A stretch of DNA of 62,847 bases, the filler included, from Reclinomonas americana ATCC 50394 (lineage: Eukaryota), in assembly GCA_048213135.1 (NCBI GenBank). It is 5 parts of 3 records of this genome, joined end to end, with 100 filler letters (N's around TTAATTAATTAA, not from the genome) between each part and the next. Parts side by side here need not be neighbours in the genome. Positions count along the whole stretch, not along the records: positions 59,295 to 62,847 come from PS015476.1; 4 more parts are not named here. The stretch is one strand, 5' to 3'. Made by a program: the position numbers and the translations under genes. Below, in pieces: positions 62,723-62,847 of this stretch (position 1 is its first letter; every line of letters starts with the position of its first letter). The notes below the pieces were generated by a model. That model searched no databases and was not told where the DNA came from. It saw nothing but the letters and a program-made list of their open reading frames with translations.

Positions 62723-62847
62723 GAAAGAGAGGGGAGAAGGGAGAAGGGAGGGGGAGGGAAAGGGAGAGTGAGGGAGAGCAAGGGAGGGGGAAGGGGAAAA
62801 GGGTGATCAAGGGAGAGGGAAGGGTAACGGGAGAAGGGAACGGTAAA
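62723..62847. repeat. Polypurine (GGGA/GAA) tract, the intronic pyrimidine tract of the minus-strand gene
   Basis: Visible directly. Confidence 0.85.

Noticed and set aside
1..62847. Alternative genetic code or stop-codon readthrough
   Set aside because: In-frame stops I met in recognisable genes fall in GT-AG introns, and TAA, TAG and TGA all end genes.
1..62847. Hundreds of overlapping or antisense ORFs in the track (e.g. 24389-25714 +, 7762-8937 +, 49034-49534 -)
   Set aside because: Expected shadows of GC-rich coding sequence and ORFs running through Ns; no recognisable domains.
1..62847. CRISPR arrays, tRNA/rRNA/snRNA genes, transposase or reverse-transcriptase genes
   Set aside because: No repeat-spacer array, RNA-gene signature or mobile-element motif seen by eye; a divergent small RNA could have been missed.

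Overview
This is eukaryotic nuclear DNA from a GC-rich, gene-dense, intron-rich genome, probably a protist; the taxon cannot be determined from this window. It is a scaffolded assembly with N gaps and four artificial N-TTAATTAATTAA-N linkers. I hand-spliced about 30 genes with short (mostly 55-100 nt) GT-AG introns under the standard genetic code. They include an SH3 protein, C2-RhoGAP, RPB7, a TPR protein, HARE-HTH/BTB/MATH, a NEF1-like protein, an LRR protein, MTFMT, an ELO elongase, TMEM260, a multi-CH protein, DUF1764, UPF0538, a CAMKK-like kinase, a SWIB protein, TauE, two GSTs, an ANK-kinase-RING protein, a SIP5/DA2-like RING protein, PP2C, a V-ATPase A fragment, a vWA protein, WDR46, an ankyrin protein and a GPAA1-like fragment. 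The main unexplained signal is in the splice sites. About 40 introns (roughly a fifth to a quarter of those I traced) begin GTTGCG(T), GTTGTGT, GTTGAG or GTTTCG. That is the genome's normal donor (GTGCGT/GTGTGT/GTGAGT/GTTCGT) with one extra T, and it almost never follows an exonic G, which suggests a major +1-shifted 5' splice-site class. A kinase catalytic loop is also assembled from two consecutive 4-nt micro-exons. All gene models are manual and lack RNA support; no database searches were run.
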